Source: an uncultured Gemmatimonadales bacterium
Lineage (GTDB): Bacteria > Gemmatimonadota > Gemmatimonadetes > Gemmatimonadales > GWC2-71-9
Direction of reading: 5' to 3'
DNA: 64,000 nt
Assembly: GCA_963828735.1 (NCBI GenBank)
Contig: CAWHFW010000005.1
Coordinates: forward strand, 320,001 to 384,000
Shown piece by piece: positions 23,171 through 34,347 of this stretch. The notes under the pieces were generated by a model that ran no database searches, was not told the origin of the DNA, and was given only the letters and a program-made list of their open reading frames with translations. The position numbers and the translations under genes are program-made. The first letter of the stretch is position 1. Every line of letters begins with the position of its first letter.

Positions 23171-24412
23171 CTACTGTTTCCTGACTACTCGCCAGATGGT
23201 GTGGTTGTCGTCGGCCGAGATGAACAGCGCCCCGTCCTTGCCCACCGCGAGCCCCACCGGCCGAAAAGACTGGCCCTTCATGGTCGCGAAGTCCTTGTAC
23301 GAGCCCGTGGGCTGTCCGTCCGAGAACGGCGCGAACGCCACGCGGAACCCGTCCTGAGGCAGGGGCGCGCGATTCCAGCTCCCGTGAAATGCGATGAAGA
23401 GTCCGCTGGTGTACTGGGGCCCGAACTCGGAGCCCGGATAGAACGCGAGCGACATCGGCGCCCAGTGTCCGGGGAACGCGATTGCCGGGTCCTTGGCCTT
23501 CGCGCAACGACCGACCTCCCGCCCGTCGCCGCCGTACTCGGGGGAGAGCACCTTCTTGTGTGCGTCGTTGCTGTAGTAGCAGTAGGGCCAGCCGAGGTCG
23601 TCGCCCTCCGAGAGCCGCACCAGCTCCTCGGCCGGATTGTTGGCGTTCGCCTCGTCGCTGAAGCCCCAGTTGGCGCTGAGCTGATCCCGTCCGTGCACCG
23701 CGGCCCAGACCGCGTTCGTCCCTGGTTGTACGCCGAGCGCTTCGGCGTTGCGGAGACCCGTCGCCCAGCGCCGGCCGTCGGCGAAGCGCTGACCCGGACG
23801 GCCAGCGTCGAAGCGCCAGATCCCGGCGTGCCGCTGGAGCTCGGTGCAGGGATCCTCGCCGGGGGACTTGGGAATCCGGTTCATGCGCTGACAGCTGTTC
23901 GAGGCCGACCCGATCTTGACCAGCATGACGTCGCCGCCGGGGAACGCGAGCGTCTTGAGGCTGTGGTCGCCGTCGTCGGGCAGGTCCTCCACGATCGGCT
24001 CGGGATCGCCCGCCGGCTCGAGCTTCCCCGGCGTGAGACGCCACCGGACCACGCGGTTCCTGCCGGCGAGATACAGGAAGCCGTCGTGCACCGCGACATC
24101 GTTGCCGCCGCGCGGGCCGAAGGACGCGCGATCCTCCAGGGTGCCGTCGCCGTCCCGATCCCGGAAGGCGACGACGGCGCTGCCGAGGAATCCGCCCGAC
24201 GTCGCCGCGTAGAGGGTGCCGTCCGGACCGACGGCGAGATGTCGCACGCCCTTCACGTCATCCGCGACGACCGACGCGCAGAAACCGCCCGCGAGCTGCA
24301 GGCCACCGTTGTCCGGTGCGCAGCCGGGGGGAGTCGATCTCGCGCCCAGCAGTGCGGCGGCTGCGAAGGGAAGCGCAGCGAGGACGATTTCGCGGGAGGG
24401 CAGGCGGGACAT
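23171..24412 (-). CDS. Secreted PQQ-dependent sugar / L-sorbosone dehydrogenase-like beta-propeller
   Basis: Signal peptide; H..KT, GS.SN.C, GLRN, GRD.L, PAEEL, GWPYCY, HWAPM, AFHGSWNR and RPVG motifs. Confidence 0.85.
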   Translation of the reverse strand: MSRLPSREIVLAALPFAAAALLGARSTPPGCAPDNGGLQLAGGFCASVVADDVKGVRHLAVGPDGTLYAATSGGFLGSAVVAFRDRDGDGTLEDRASFGPRGGNDVAVHDGFLYLAGRNRVVRWRLTPGKLEPAGDPEPIVEDLPDDGDHSLKTLAFPGGDVMLVKIGSASNSCQRMNRIPKSPGEDPCTELQRHAGIWRFDAGRPGQRFADGRRWATGLRNAEALGVQPGTNAVWAAVHGRDQLSANWGFSDEANANNPAEELVRLSEGDDLGWPYCYYSNDAHKKVLSPEYGGDGREVGRCAKAKDPAIAFPGHWAPMSLAFYPGSEFGPQYTSGLFIAFHGSWNRAPLPQDGFRVAFAPFSDGQPTGSYKDFATMKGQSFRPVGLAVGKDGALFISADDNHTIWRVVRKQ

Positions 24413-24509
24413 GGCGGCACACCGTGGCTGAGGCGGACGTTGGAGCCGAACCTTCGCGGCATTTCCCGGAAGATAGTCGCCCCCGGTCCCGGCCCTCGAG
24501 ACCTCGCGC

Positions 24510-24670
24510 CCGAGGGAGAATCGGTCCGGATCCGAGGGAGACGCCGGCCGGGCTGCTGGCTTGGCGGCCCGTTCTTCCGAGGGAAAATCGGCTTTTTCCG
24601 AGGGAACAACACCAAAAAACCCGGTTTCCGAGGGAAAAACCGGCCGAAATCGTGATTTTCCGAGGGAAAA
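24510..24670 (+). repeat. Six direct copies of CCGAGGGA (four as the palindrome TTCC-GAG-GGAA)
   Basis: Cores start at 24510, 24532, 24577, 24598, 24628 and 24660; the last four are flanked by T and A tracts. Confidence 0.85.
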
Positions 24671-24684
24671 TGGCGATTTCCCTA

Positions 24685-24712
24685 TTGTAAATCCGCGCCG
24701 GTTGCTTACTGT
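24685..24712 (+). promoter_or_regulatory. Putative sigma70 promoter of the SWIB gene
   Basis: TTGTAA (24685-90), 16-nt spacer, TACTGT (24707-12). Confidence 0.45.
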
Positions 24713-24775
24713 TTGTCTCGGTAGTTGGGGCAGGACGAGAGGCACGCAGTTCTCACATTCACTGGGAGACACGCG

Positions 24776-25132
24776 ATGGCCGCCAAAAAGAAGACTGCCA
24801 AGAAGTCCGCCAAGAAGAAGACCGCCAAGAGGTCGGCCAAGAAGGCCACGAAGAAGGCCGCCAAGAAGTCGAGCAAGAAGCGCACACCGAGCGCCGCCTT
24901 CATGCGTCCGGTCACCCCGGACACCGCGCTCTCGGCCGTGGTCGGCAGCTCCCCGCTGCCGCGCACCGAGCTGACCAAGAAGCTGTGGGCGTACATCAAG
25001 CGGAACGGACTGCAGGACGCGAAGAACCGTCGCGCGATCAACGCCGACGACAGGCTCCGCCCCGTGTTCGGCGGCCGGGCACAGGTCACGATGTTCGACA
25101 TGACCAAGCTGGTGAACAAGCACGTGAGCTGA
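24776..25132 (+). CDS. SWIB/MDM2-domain protein with a Lys/Ala-rich histone-H1-like N-terminal tail
   Basis: MAAKKKTAKKSAKKK... followed by AFMRPVTP...LPRTELTKKLWAYIK.NGLQD.KNRR.INADD.L..VFGG...VTMFDM.K; GGGAG SD. Confidence 0.92.
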   Translation: MAAKKKTAKKSAKKKTAKRSAKKATKKAAKKSSKKRTPSAAFMRPVTPDTALSAVVGSSPLPRTELTKKLWAYIKRNGLQDAKNRRAINADDRLRPVFGGRAQVTMFDMTKLVNKHVS

Positions 25133-25158
25133 TCTCCCGGCTTCGGCCGGCGCAGCAT

Positions 25159-25196
25159 AAAGGGCGTCCCCGCTGGGACGCCCTTTCTGTTATGTT
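25159..25196 (+). terminator. Intrinsic terminator after the SWIB gene
   Basis: AAAGGGCGTCCC-cgct-GGGACGCCCTTT followed by a T-rich tail. Confidence 0.7.
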
Positions 25197-25205
25197 TCCC
25201 GCCCT

Positions 25206-26882
<1,677 letters not shown>

Positions 26883-27030
26883 GGGGCCGCCGGCCACTCG
26901 ACGGCGCGAGACCGCGCGGCCGACATCGACCAGCCCGTTCCACTGACTCCGTCCCGCCACACCGAAGTCACGATTCTGTCGCCTGCTCGGCCCCGTGTTC
27001 CCGGTTCCCCGCCTCCGCTATACTACGGCG

Positions 27031-29184
27031 ATGACGACCCCGCACAGCCGGATTCCCTACCTGCCGGCCCGCATCGAAGGGCTGTCCAACCTCTCGATGA
27101 ACCTCTGGTGGAGCTGGAGCCGGGAGGCCCGGGCACTGTTCCGGTCGATCGACGAGGCGCTGTGGCATCTCACCCGACATAACCCGCTCGAGCTGCTCTG
27201 CCGCGTGGACCCGGCTCGGATCGCGGCCTGCGCGAGCGACAGCGATTTCCTCCGCCGCTACGACGACGTCATGGCGCGGCTGGCCCATGGCACCACCAGC
27301 GAGGACACGTGGTTCGCGGAGCGCTATCCGGCGCTCGACGGCCGGCCCGTGGCGTACTTCTGCGCCGAGTTCGGCCTCCACAGCTCGGTCCCCATCTACT
27401 CCGGCGGTCTCGGCGTCCTCGCGGGCGACCACTGCAAGGCGTCGAGCGACCTCGGCGTCCCCATGGTGGGCGTCGGGCTGTTCTACATGAAGGGGTACTT
27501 CGACCAGCGGCTACGCCTGGACGGCTGGCAGGAAGACAGCGACGAGGAGTACGACATCAGCCTCACGCCGCTCGTGCCGGTCCCGGGCGAGAAGCAGCAG
27601 CCGTTCCTCACGATGGTCGAGACGTCCGGACGCCCGGTACACGTCCGCGCCTGGCGCATGATGGTCGGTCGGGTGCCGATCTACCTCCTGGATACGAATC
27701 TCGAGGTCAACCACCCGGACGACCGAGCCCTCATGAACAAGCTCTACGCCGGCGGGCCCGACATGCGCCTCCGGCAGGAGTGGATCCTCGGCGTGGGCGG
27801 GGTGAGGGTGCTGCGCGCGCTGGGCATCGACCCCGGCGTGTGGCACGCCAACGAGGGACACGCCGCGTTCATGATGGTCGAGCGTCTTCGAGAGCACCTT
27901 GCCGAGGGGCTTCCACTCGACCAGGCCGTGCGGCAGGTCCGCGCCCACAGTGTGTTCACCACGCACACGCCGGTGCCGGCGGGGCACGACGCCTTCTCCG
28001 TCGAGCAGCTGGAGAGCGTCGCGGGACCCGTGTGGGAGGACATGAAGATCGACCGCGACACGTTCTTCCGTCTCGGCGCCCATCCCGACCTGCCGGACCA
28101 GTTCCACATGACGGTCACCGCCATGCGGCTCTCGGCCGGGGTGAATGGGGTCTCGCGGCGCCACGGACAGGTGTCCCGCAACATCTGGCGCGACCTATGG
28201 CCCGGACGGCCCTGGGAGACGGTGCCGATCGGCCATGTGACCAACGGCGTGCATCTGGCCACGTGGATGGCCAGCCCGATCATGGCGCTGCTGGACGAGC
28301 ACCTCGGTGAGGACTGGGGCGCGAGGCTGGACGAGCCCGGCCTCTGGGACCGGGTGTTGACGCTCGACCACCGGCGTCTGTGGGAGGCGCACCTCCGGCT
28401 CAAGCAGATCCTGGCGACGTTCGTCCGCGAGGAAGCGCGCCGCCGCTTCGCCACCCAGATGAAAGAAGCGGCCCAGGTCGTGGGCGCGGGGACGTTGCTC
28501 GATCCGACGGCGCTCACCATCGGCTTCGCGCGCCGGTTCGCCACCTACAAGCGCGCGAACCTGATCTTCCGCGATCTCGATCGCCTGCGCCGTCTTCTGG
28601 TCGATCCGTGGCGCCCCGTGCAGATCATCTTCGCGGGCAAGGCGCACCCGGCCGACAATCCCGGCAAGGAAGTGCTCCAGAGCGTCTACCAGTTCACCCG
28701 TGACCCCGAGTTCGAGGGCCGCGTGGCGTTCCTCGAAGACTACGACATGCACCTCGCGCACCTGCTGGTGCAGGGCGTGGACGTCTGGGTCAACCTGCCC
28801 AGGGTCCCGCTCGAGGCCAGCGGCACGAGCGGAATGAAGGCGGCGCTCAACGGGATTCCACAGCTCAGTACGCTGGACGGCTGGTGGCAGGAGGGATACG
28901 ACGGGCTCAGCGGGTGGGCCATCTCGCCCGCCGGCGAGAGCGAGGACGCGGACGCCGGCGACGCCGACCGTTTCTACCGTCTGCTCGAGGAGCAGGTCAT
29001 TCCGCTGTACTACACCCGCAGCGCCGCCGGTGTCCCGCTCGGCTGGGTCGAGAAGATGCGCCACGCGCTGCGTCTGGCCGGCTCGCGGTTCACCGCGCGA
29101 CGCATGATTCAGGACTACGTGCAGGAGCACTATGCTCCGGCGATCAGTGGCGGCTCGTCCGGGGACGACCCGCCCACGGCATGA
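27031..29184 (+). CDS. glgP: Alpha-glucan (glycogen) phosphorylase
   Basis: YSGGLGVLAGD, NEGH, TTHTPVPAGHD, TNGVH, FARRFATYKR, EASGTSGMK. Confidence 0.95.
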   Translation: MTTPHSRIPYLPARIEGLSNLSMNLWWSWSREARALFRSIDEALWHLTRHNPLELLCRVDPARIAACASDSDFLRRYDDVMARLAHGTTSEDTWFAERYPALDGRPVAYFCAEFGLHSSVPIYSGGLGVLAGDHCKASSDLGVPMVGVGLFYMKGYFDQRLRLDGWQEDSDEEYDISLTPLVPVPGEKQQPFLTMVETSGRPVHVRAWRMMVGRVPIYLLDTNLEVNHPDDRALMNKLYAGGPDMRLRQEWILGVGGVRVLRALGIDPGVWHANEGHAAFMMVERLREHLAEGLPLDQAVRQVRAHSVFTTHTPVPAGHDAFSVEQLESVAGPVWEDMKIDRDTFFRLGAHPDLPDQFHMTVTAMRLSAGVNGVSRRHGQVSRNIWRDLWPGRPWETVPIGHVTNGVHLATWMASPIMALLDEHLGEDWGARLDEPGLWDRVLTLDHRRLWEAHLRLKQILATFVREEARRRFATQMKEAAQVVGAGTLLDPTALTIGFARRFATYKRANLIFRDLDRLRRLLVDPWRPVQIIFAGKAHPADNPGKEVLQSVYQFTRDPEFEGRVAFLEDYDMHLAHLLVQGVDVWVNLPRVPLEASGTSGMKAALNGIPQLSTLDGWWQEGYDGLSGWAISPAGESEDADAGDADRFYRLLEEQVIPLYYTRSAAGVPLGWVEKMRHALRLAGSRFTARRMIQDYVQEHYAPAISGGSSGDDPPTA

Positions 29185-29194
29185 GGCTGGCAGG

Positions 29195-30697
29195 ATGGCG
29201 ACCACGCTCGAGACCACCCTCCCGCCGCTGACGACAGCGGGCGGCGCCAAGGTGTCCGTCGTCCACGTGGCGGCGGAATATTTTCCCTACGCGCGCACGG
29301 GCGGCCTCGCCGAGGCCGTGAGCGGGCTCGCGCAGCATCAGCGGGCGGCCGGGCTCAACGTGCTGGCGATCCTCCCGCTCTATCGCACCGTGCGCGACGC
29401 CGAGCCGGACCTCGAGCCGGTCGGGCCGCCCTTCCTGGTGTCGATGGGCGGCCGCACCGAGGAGGCGCGCCTGTTCCGCGCCACGGGCGCCGCCGCGCGA
29501 GGCCCGCAGGTGTTCTTCATCGAGCACCTCGACTACTTCAACCGGCCGGGCATCTACGGCGAGAGCGCCGTGGACTATCCCGACAACGCCCGCCGGTTCG
29601 CCTTCTTCGCGCTCGCGGCCCTGACCGCCCTGCCCCGCCTCGTGAGCGGTCCGGTGCTGCTCCACGCCCACGACTGGCATACGGCGCTCGTCCCGGTCTA
29701 CCTCCGCACGACGCTCGCGGGCGAGCGCTTCGCCGGCGCGACCACGACCGTGCTGTCGGTCCACAATCCGGGCTACCAGGGACACTTTCCGCCGGAGACG
29801 ATGGCCGACGTCGGACTGCCGTGGGCGATCTACAACTGGCGTCAGCTCGAGTGGTACGGGAAAGTGAACTTCCTCAAGGGCGGGATCGTCTTCACCGATT
29901 TCGTCACCACGGTGAGCCCCACGCAGGCCGTCGAGCTGCGGACGCCCGGCGGCGGCTTCGGGCTGCACGACAATTTCAACTGGCTGGGCGACCGCCTCGT
30001 GGGAGTGCTCAACGGCATCGACCAGCGCGAGTGGGACCCCGCCACCGATACGCAGATCACCGCGAAGTACTCGGCGGACCACCTCGACGGCAAGCGCCGG
30101 TGCAAGGCCGCGCTGCAGCGCTCGTTCGGGCTGCCGCAGCGGCGAAAGACGCCCCTCTTCGGCATGACCGGCCGGCTCGTGACTCAGAAGGGCCTCGACC
30201 TGATTCTCGGCGCGCACGATCTTCTCGCGAGCGACGCGCAGTTCGTCTTTCTCGGCAGCGGCGAGCAGCGCTACGAGCAGGCGCTGGTGGAGCTGGCCAC
30301 CTCGGCCCCCAACCGCATCGGCGTCCAGCTCGACTTCGTCGACCGTCTCGAACACCGGCTCATGGCCGGGGCCGACATCTTCCTCATGCCCTCGCTCTAT
30401 GAGCCCTGCGGGCTCACCCAGATGCGCTCTCAACGCTACGGGGCGCCCCCCATCGTGCGAAACGTGGGCGGCCTCCGTGATACCGTCGAGGACGGTGTGA
30501 CCGGCTTCTCGTTCGACCCCTATACCTCGGACGCGTTCAGCGATGCCGCATTCCGCGCGCTCGACTGCTACGCCGACTCCGGGCGCTGGCGGACCCTGAT
30601 GCGGCGCGGCATGGCGAGCGACTTCAGCTGGGAGCGGTCGGTCGCCGAGTATCTCGACGTCTACCGTCGCGCCGTGGCGCACTCGGGAGCCCGATGA
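29195..30697 (+). CDS. glgA: Glycogen/starch synthase (GT5)
   Basis: RTGGLA (KTGGL-like), HAHDWHT, GRLVTQKG, PSLYEPCGLTQ. Confidence 0.93.
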   Translation: MATTLETTLPPLTTAGGAKVSVVHVAAEYFPYARTGGLAEAVSGLAQHQRAAGLNVLAILPLYRTVRDAEPDLEPVGPPFLVSMGGRTEEARLFRATGAAARGPQVFFIEHLDYFNRPGIYGESAVDYPDNARRFAFFALAALTALPRLVSGPVLLHAHDWHTALVPVYLRTTLAGERFAGATTTVLSVHNPGYQGHFPPETMADVGLPWAIYNWRQLEWYGKVNFLKGGIVFTDFVTTVSPTQAVELRTPGGGFGLHDNFNWLGDRLVGVLNGIDQREWDPATDTQITAKYSADHLDGKRRCKAALQRSFGLPQRRKTPLFGMTGRLVTQKGLDLILGAHDLLASDAQFVFLGSGEQRYEQALVELATSAPNRIGVQLDFVDRLEHRLMAGADIFLMPSLYEPCGLTQMRSQRYGAPPIVRNVGGLRDTVEDGVTGFSFDPYTSDAFSDAAFRALDCYADSGRWRTLMRRGMASDFSWERSVAEYLDVYRRAVAHSGAR

Positions 30698-32400
30698 ACG
30701 GCGGGCCGATGGACTTCGTGTTCACGCTGCACAGTCACCTGCCCTACGTGCTGAACCACGGCCGCTGGCCGCACGGCAGCGACTGGCTCTGCGAAGCGGC
30801 GCTGGACACCTATCTCCCCCTGCTCGAGACGCTCCGGCGCCTCGGCACCGAGGACACGCCCGCGCCGGTGACGATCGGGTTCACGCCCGTCCTCGCCAAC
30901 CAGCTCGCGAGCCCGCTGTTCGCGCAGGAGATGAACGCGTTCTTCGATCAGCGGCTCGCCGCGTGTGACGAGGCGCCGGCTTCGCTGGCCGTCACCAGCG
31001 AGACGAGCCTCCTGCCGCAGGTCGCCTTCTGGCGCGACCGGTTCAGGCGCCTGCGGCGCCTCTTCGACGAGATCGATGGCGACCTGGTGGGCGCGTTCCG
31101 GGCGCTCGAAGCCGCGGGACGGCTCGAGATCATCGGCTCTGCCGCCACTCACGGCTTCCTGCCGCTGCTCGCCCGCGACGAGAGCATCCGCTTTCAGCTC
31201 GCCGTCGGCACCGCCGAGCACCGCCGCCTCTTCGGGCGCGCGCCCCAGGGATGCTGGCTCCCCGAATGCGCCTATCGCCCGCGGGGCCCGTGGGCGCCGT
31301 GGCCCACGGGCCCCCGCAGCGGCATGCGGCGCGGCATCGAGGAGCACCTCGCGGACGCGGGCTTCCGGTTCTTCTTCGTGGACTCGCATCTCGCGTCGGC
31401 CGGCCGGCCGCTCGGTCTCTCGGGCGACCCCGCCGCGCTCGACCCGGAGGTCCACCAGCCGATGGCTCGCGCGGGCCTGGGGCCCGCGGCGCGCTCGCCG
31501 TACTATGCGTATCGCGTCGCGCACGGGCGAGGCACGGACGTATCCGCCTTCGTCCGCGATCCGCGCGCCTCGATGCAGGTGTGGAGCCGCTTCGAGGGCT
31601 ATCCGGGCGACGGCGTCTACCTCGAGTTCCACAAGATGCGCTGGCCCGGCGGTCTCAAGCTCTGGCGCGTGAGCGGCCCGGACGTGGACCTCGGCGCGAA
31701 GGAGCCATACGACCCGGCCGTGGCCGAGGACCGCGTGCGGGGACACGCCCAGCATTTCGCCTCCCTGCTCAACAACATCGCCACCGGGGAGACACGGCAT
31801 CGGGACGGCGTGGTCGTCGCGCCCTTCGACACCGAGCTGTTCGGCCACTGGTGGTTCGAGGGGCCGGACTTCCTGGGCAACGTCTACCGCGAGCTGCGCG
31901 GCCGGACCGACGTGCGTCCGGCTACCGGGTCACAGCACCTCGTTCGTCATCCCACGCGCGCCGCCATCCGCATGCCGGCCGGCTCGTGGGGCGCCAACGG
32001 CGATTTTTCCATGTGGCTGAGCGGCCAGACGGCCTGGACCTGGGAGCGGCTCTGGCCGCTCGAGCAGCGGTTCTGGGACGCGGCCCCGGCGGCGCTGGCG
32101 TCGGACGACACGCGGTTCATCCTGGCCCAGGCCGCGCGCGAGCTGCTGCTGGCCCAGTCGTCCGACTGGCAGTTCATCATCTCGACGGGCGCCGCGGCCG
32201 ACTACGGCGAACGGCGCTTCCGCGAGCACTGCAGCGACACGGAGGAACTGGTCAAGGTCCTGGAGGATCGCTCTGCCGAGGCGCTCGACCGCGGCCATCG
32301 CCGCGCGGCCGAGCTGGCCGAGCGCGACGCGCTGTTCCCCGACGTGCTGCCCGCGCTGGCAGCGGCGCTTGGCGGCTCGCGCTCCCTCGTGCTCGGCTGA
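30694..32400 (+). CDS. GH57 1,4-alpha-glucan branching enzyme (DUF1957 C-terminus)
   Basis: LHSHLPYV, WLPECAY, YLEFHK, APFDTELFGHWWFEG, ARELLLAQSSDW.F. Confidence 0.9.
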   Translation: MNGGPMDFVFTLHSHLPYVLNHGRWPHGSDWLCEAALDTYLPLLETLRRLGTEDTPAPVTIGFTPVLANQLASPLFAQEMNAFFDQRLAACDEAPASLAVTSETSLLPQVAFWRDRFRRLRRLFDEIDGDLVGAFRALEAAGRLEIIGSAATHGFLPLLARDESIRFQLAVGTAEHRRLFGRAPQGCWLPECAYRPRGPWAPWPTGPRSGMRRGIEEHLADAGFRFFFVDSHLASAGRPLGLSGDPAALDPEVHQPMARAGLGPAARSPYYAYRVAHGRGTDVSAFVRDPRASMQVWSRFEGYPGDGVYLEFHKMRWPGGLKLWRVSGPDVDLGAKEPYDPAVAEDRVRGHAQHFASLLNNIATGETRHRDGVVVAPFDTELFGHWWFEGPDFLGNVYRELRGRTDVRPATGSQHLVRHPTRAAIRMPAGSWGANGDFSMWLSGQTAWTWERLWPLEQRFWDAAPAALASDDTRFILAQAARELLLAQSSDWQFIISTGAAADYGERRFREHCSDTEELVKVLEDRSAEALDRGHRRAAELAERDALFPDVLPALAAALGGSRSLVLG

Positions 32401-32403
32401 CGC

Positions 32404-34341
32404 ATGGCGCCGATCCGGTTCGCGTTCGGACTCCATCTCCATCAGCCCGTCGGCAACTTCGACCACGTGTTCGCCCAGCACGTGGACGACGTGTATCGCC
32501 CGCTGCTGGACGCGCTCGCCGCCCGCGAGTTTCTGCCCGTCGTCTTCCATCTGAGCGGCCCGCTGCTCGAATGGCTCGAGCAGCACGAGCCTGCCTACCT
32601 CGATCGCCTGGGGCGGCTGGCGGCGGACGGCCGCGTCGAGCTGCTCCTCGCCGGCTTCTACGAGCCCGTGCTCGCGTCGCTGCCCCGGCCCGACCGGGTG
32701 GAACAGATCCGCTGGATGCATGAGGCCGTGCGCCGCCGGTTCGGGGTGGACGCGCGCGGCCTGTGGCTGACCGAGCGCGTGTGGGAGCCCGAGCTCGCCG
32801 CTGACCTGGCGGACGCGGGCGTCCGCTACGCGCTGGTCGACGACCGGCACTTTCTCGTGACCGGCTTCGCCGCCGACCAGCTCCACGCGCCGTTCTGGAC
32901 CGAGAGCGACGGCAAGCGAGTGGCCCTGTTCCCCATCGACGAGCGGCTGCGCTACCTCATCCCCTTCCGGCCGCCAGAGGAGACCGCCGACTACCTGCGC
33001 GAGCTTCGCGGGGCCGGCCATGGTCTCGCCGTCCTGGCCGACGACGGGGAGAAGTTCGGGGGCTGGCCTGGCACCAAGGAATGGGTCTATGGCAAGGGCT
33101 GGCTGGACCGCTTCATGGCGACGATCGGCGGGCTGGTGGACCGCGGCGAGGTGATGCTGAGCCGGCTCGACGACGCGCTCGACGCGGTGCCGAGCGGCGG
33201 GCTCGCGTACCTGCCGACAGCGTCGTATCGCGAGATGGAGGCCTGGTCGCTCCCGCCGGACGCGGCGCTGCGTTTGGCGCGGCTCGAGCGGGACCTGGGC
33301 GAGGCGCGCGTCGCCGGCCCCGACGGTTCCCTCATCCGCGGCGCGCACTGGCGGAATTTCCTGGTCAAGTATCCGGAGTCCAACCGGATGCACAAGAAGA
33401 TGATGGCGCTGAGCGCCCTGGCGCGCCGGGCCGGCGACCCGCCCGCCGTTCGCCGGGCCATCGGCCGCGCCCAGTGCAACGACGCCTACTGGCACGGGGT
33501 CTTCGGCGGCCTCTACCTGCCGCATCTGCGCGACGCGGTCTGGCGGAACCTCGCGGAAGCGGAGGCCGGCCTCCGGCGCGGCGAGGGGCTCGCCTGGGAC
33601 GTGCTGGACGTGGACGGGGACGGCTTCGAGGAGATCTGGATCCACTCGCCCGCGTTCGCCGCCATCGTGAGCCCCGCACGGGGCGGAGCGGTCGAGGAGT
33701 ACACGCTCTTCGCGAACGGCGTCAACTACGCCAACACGCTAACGCGTCGTCGCGAGGCCTACCACGATCTTGCCCTGGAGCGAGCCGCCGACCACGCGGC
33801 CTCGAGCGACGCGGGCACGGCCAGCATTCACGACATCGAGGAAGGCCTCCGGCTCGACGTGCGCCCGCCACTCGACACCGACGACCGCGCGCTGTTCGTC
33901 GACCGCATCCTGCCGCGAGGCGCCACGCTGGAGGACTACGCCGCCGCGCAGTCGTGGGCCGTGTTGTCGTGGGCCCGGAGTCGGTGCGCCTACGCCGTGG
34001 AGCGCCGGAAGGGGGGCGTGGAGATCACCTGCACCGCGGCCGGCGAGCGCACGCGGCTCGAGAAGCGGATCTGGTGCGACGCCGAGGGTAACCTCACAGT
34101 CTCGTGGCAGTGGGAGCCGTCGGCGGCGGAGCCGGGAGACCTGTTCGCGACCGAGCTCTCCCTTGCCGGACCCGTCGACCTGGTGGCCACGCCAGCAGCC
34201 GACGAGTGGCGGTTCGAGATCGAGACGATCGCCAAATCGGAGCGGGGGCTCGATCGTACCCGCCAGGGCGAATCGGTGACCCTCCGCTGGCCCGTCGGCC
34301 TCGGTGCCGCGTCGGTGGAGGTCAGGCCTGTCCGGAGTTGA
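32404..34341 (+). CDS. GH57 4-alpha-glucanotransferase / alpha-amylase
   Basis: HLHQPVGN, WLTERVWE, DDGEKFG.WP, YLPTASY.EM, AQCNDAYWHGVFGGLYLPHLR. Confidence 0.9.
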   Translation: MAPIRFAFGLHLHQPVGNFDHVFAQHVDDVYRPLLDALAAREFLPVVFHLSGPLLEWLEQHEPAYLDRLGRLAADGRVELLLAGFYEPVLASLPRPDRVEQIRWMHEAVRRRFGVDARGLWLTERVWEPELAADLADAGVRYALVDDRHFLVTGFAADQLHAPFWTESDGKRVALFPIDERLRYLIPFRPPEETADYLRELRGAGHGLAVLADDGEKFGGWPGTKEWVYGKGWLDRFMATIGGLVDRGEVMLSRLDDALDAVPSGGLAYLPTASYREMEAWSLPPDAALRLARLERDLGEARVAGPDGSLIRGAHWRNFLVKYPESNRMHKKMMALSALARRAGDPPAVRRAIGRAQCNDAYWHGVFGGLYLPHLRDAVWRNLAEAEAGLRRGEGLAWDVLDVDGDGFEEIWIHSPAFAAIVSPARGGAVEEYTLFANGVNYANTLTRRREAYHDLALERAADHAASSDAGTASIHDIEEGLRLDVRPPLDTDDRALFVDRILPRGATLEDYAAAQSWAVLSWARSRCAYAVERRKGGVEITCTAAGERTRLEKRIWCDAEGNLTVSWQWEPSAAEPGDLFATELSLAGPVDLVATPAADEWRFEIETIAKSERGLDRTRQGESVTLRWPVGLGAASVEVRPVRS

Positions 34342-34347
34342 CCCGTC

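Noticed and set aside
24510..24670. Repeat array as a CRISPR
   Set aside because: The repeats are only 8-15 bp with irregular gaps, and there are no cas genes. Kept as an operator-like array instead.
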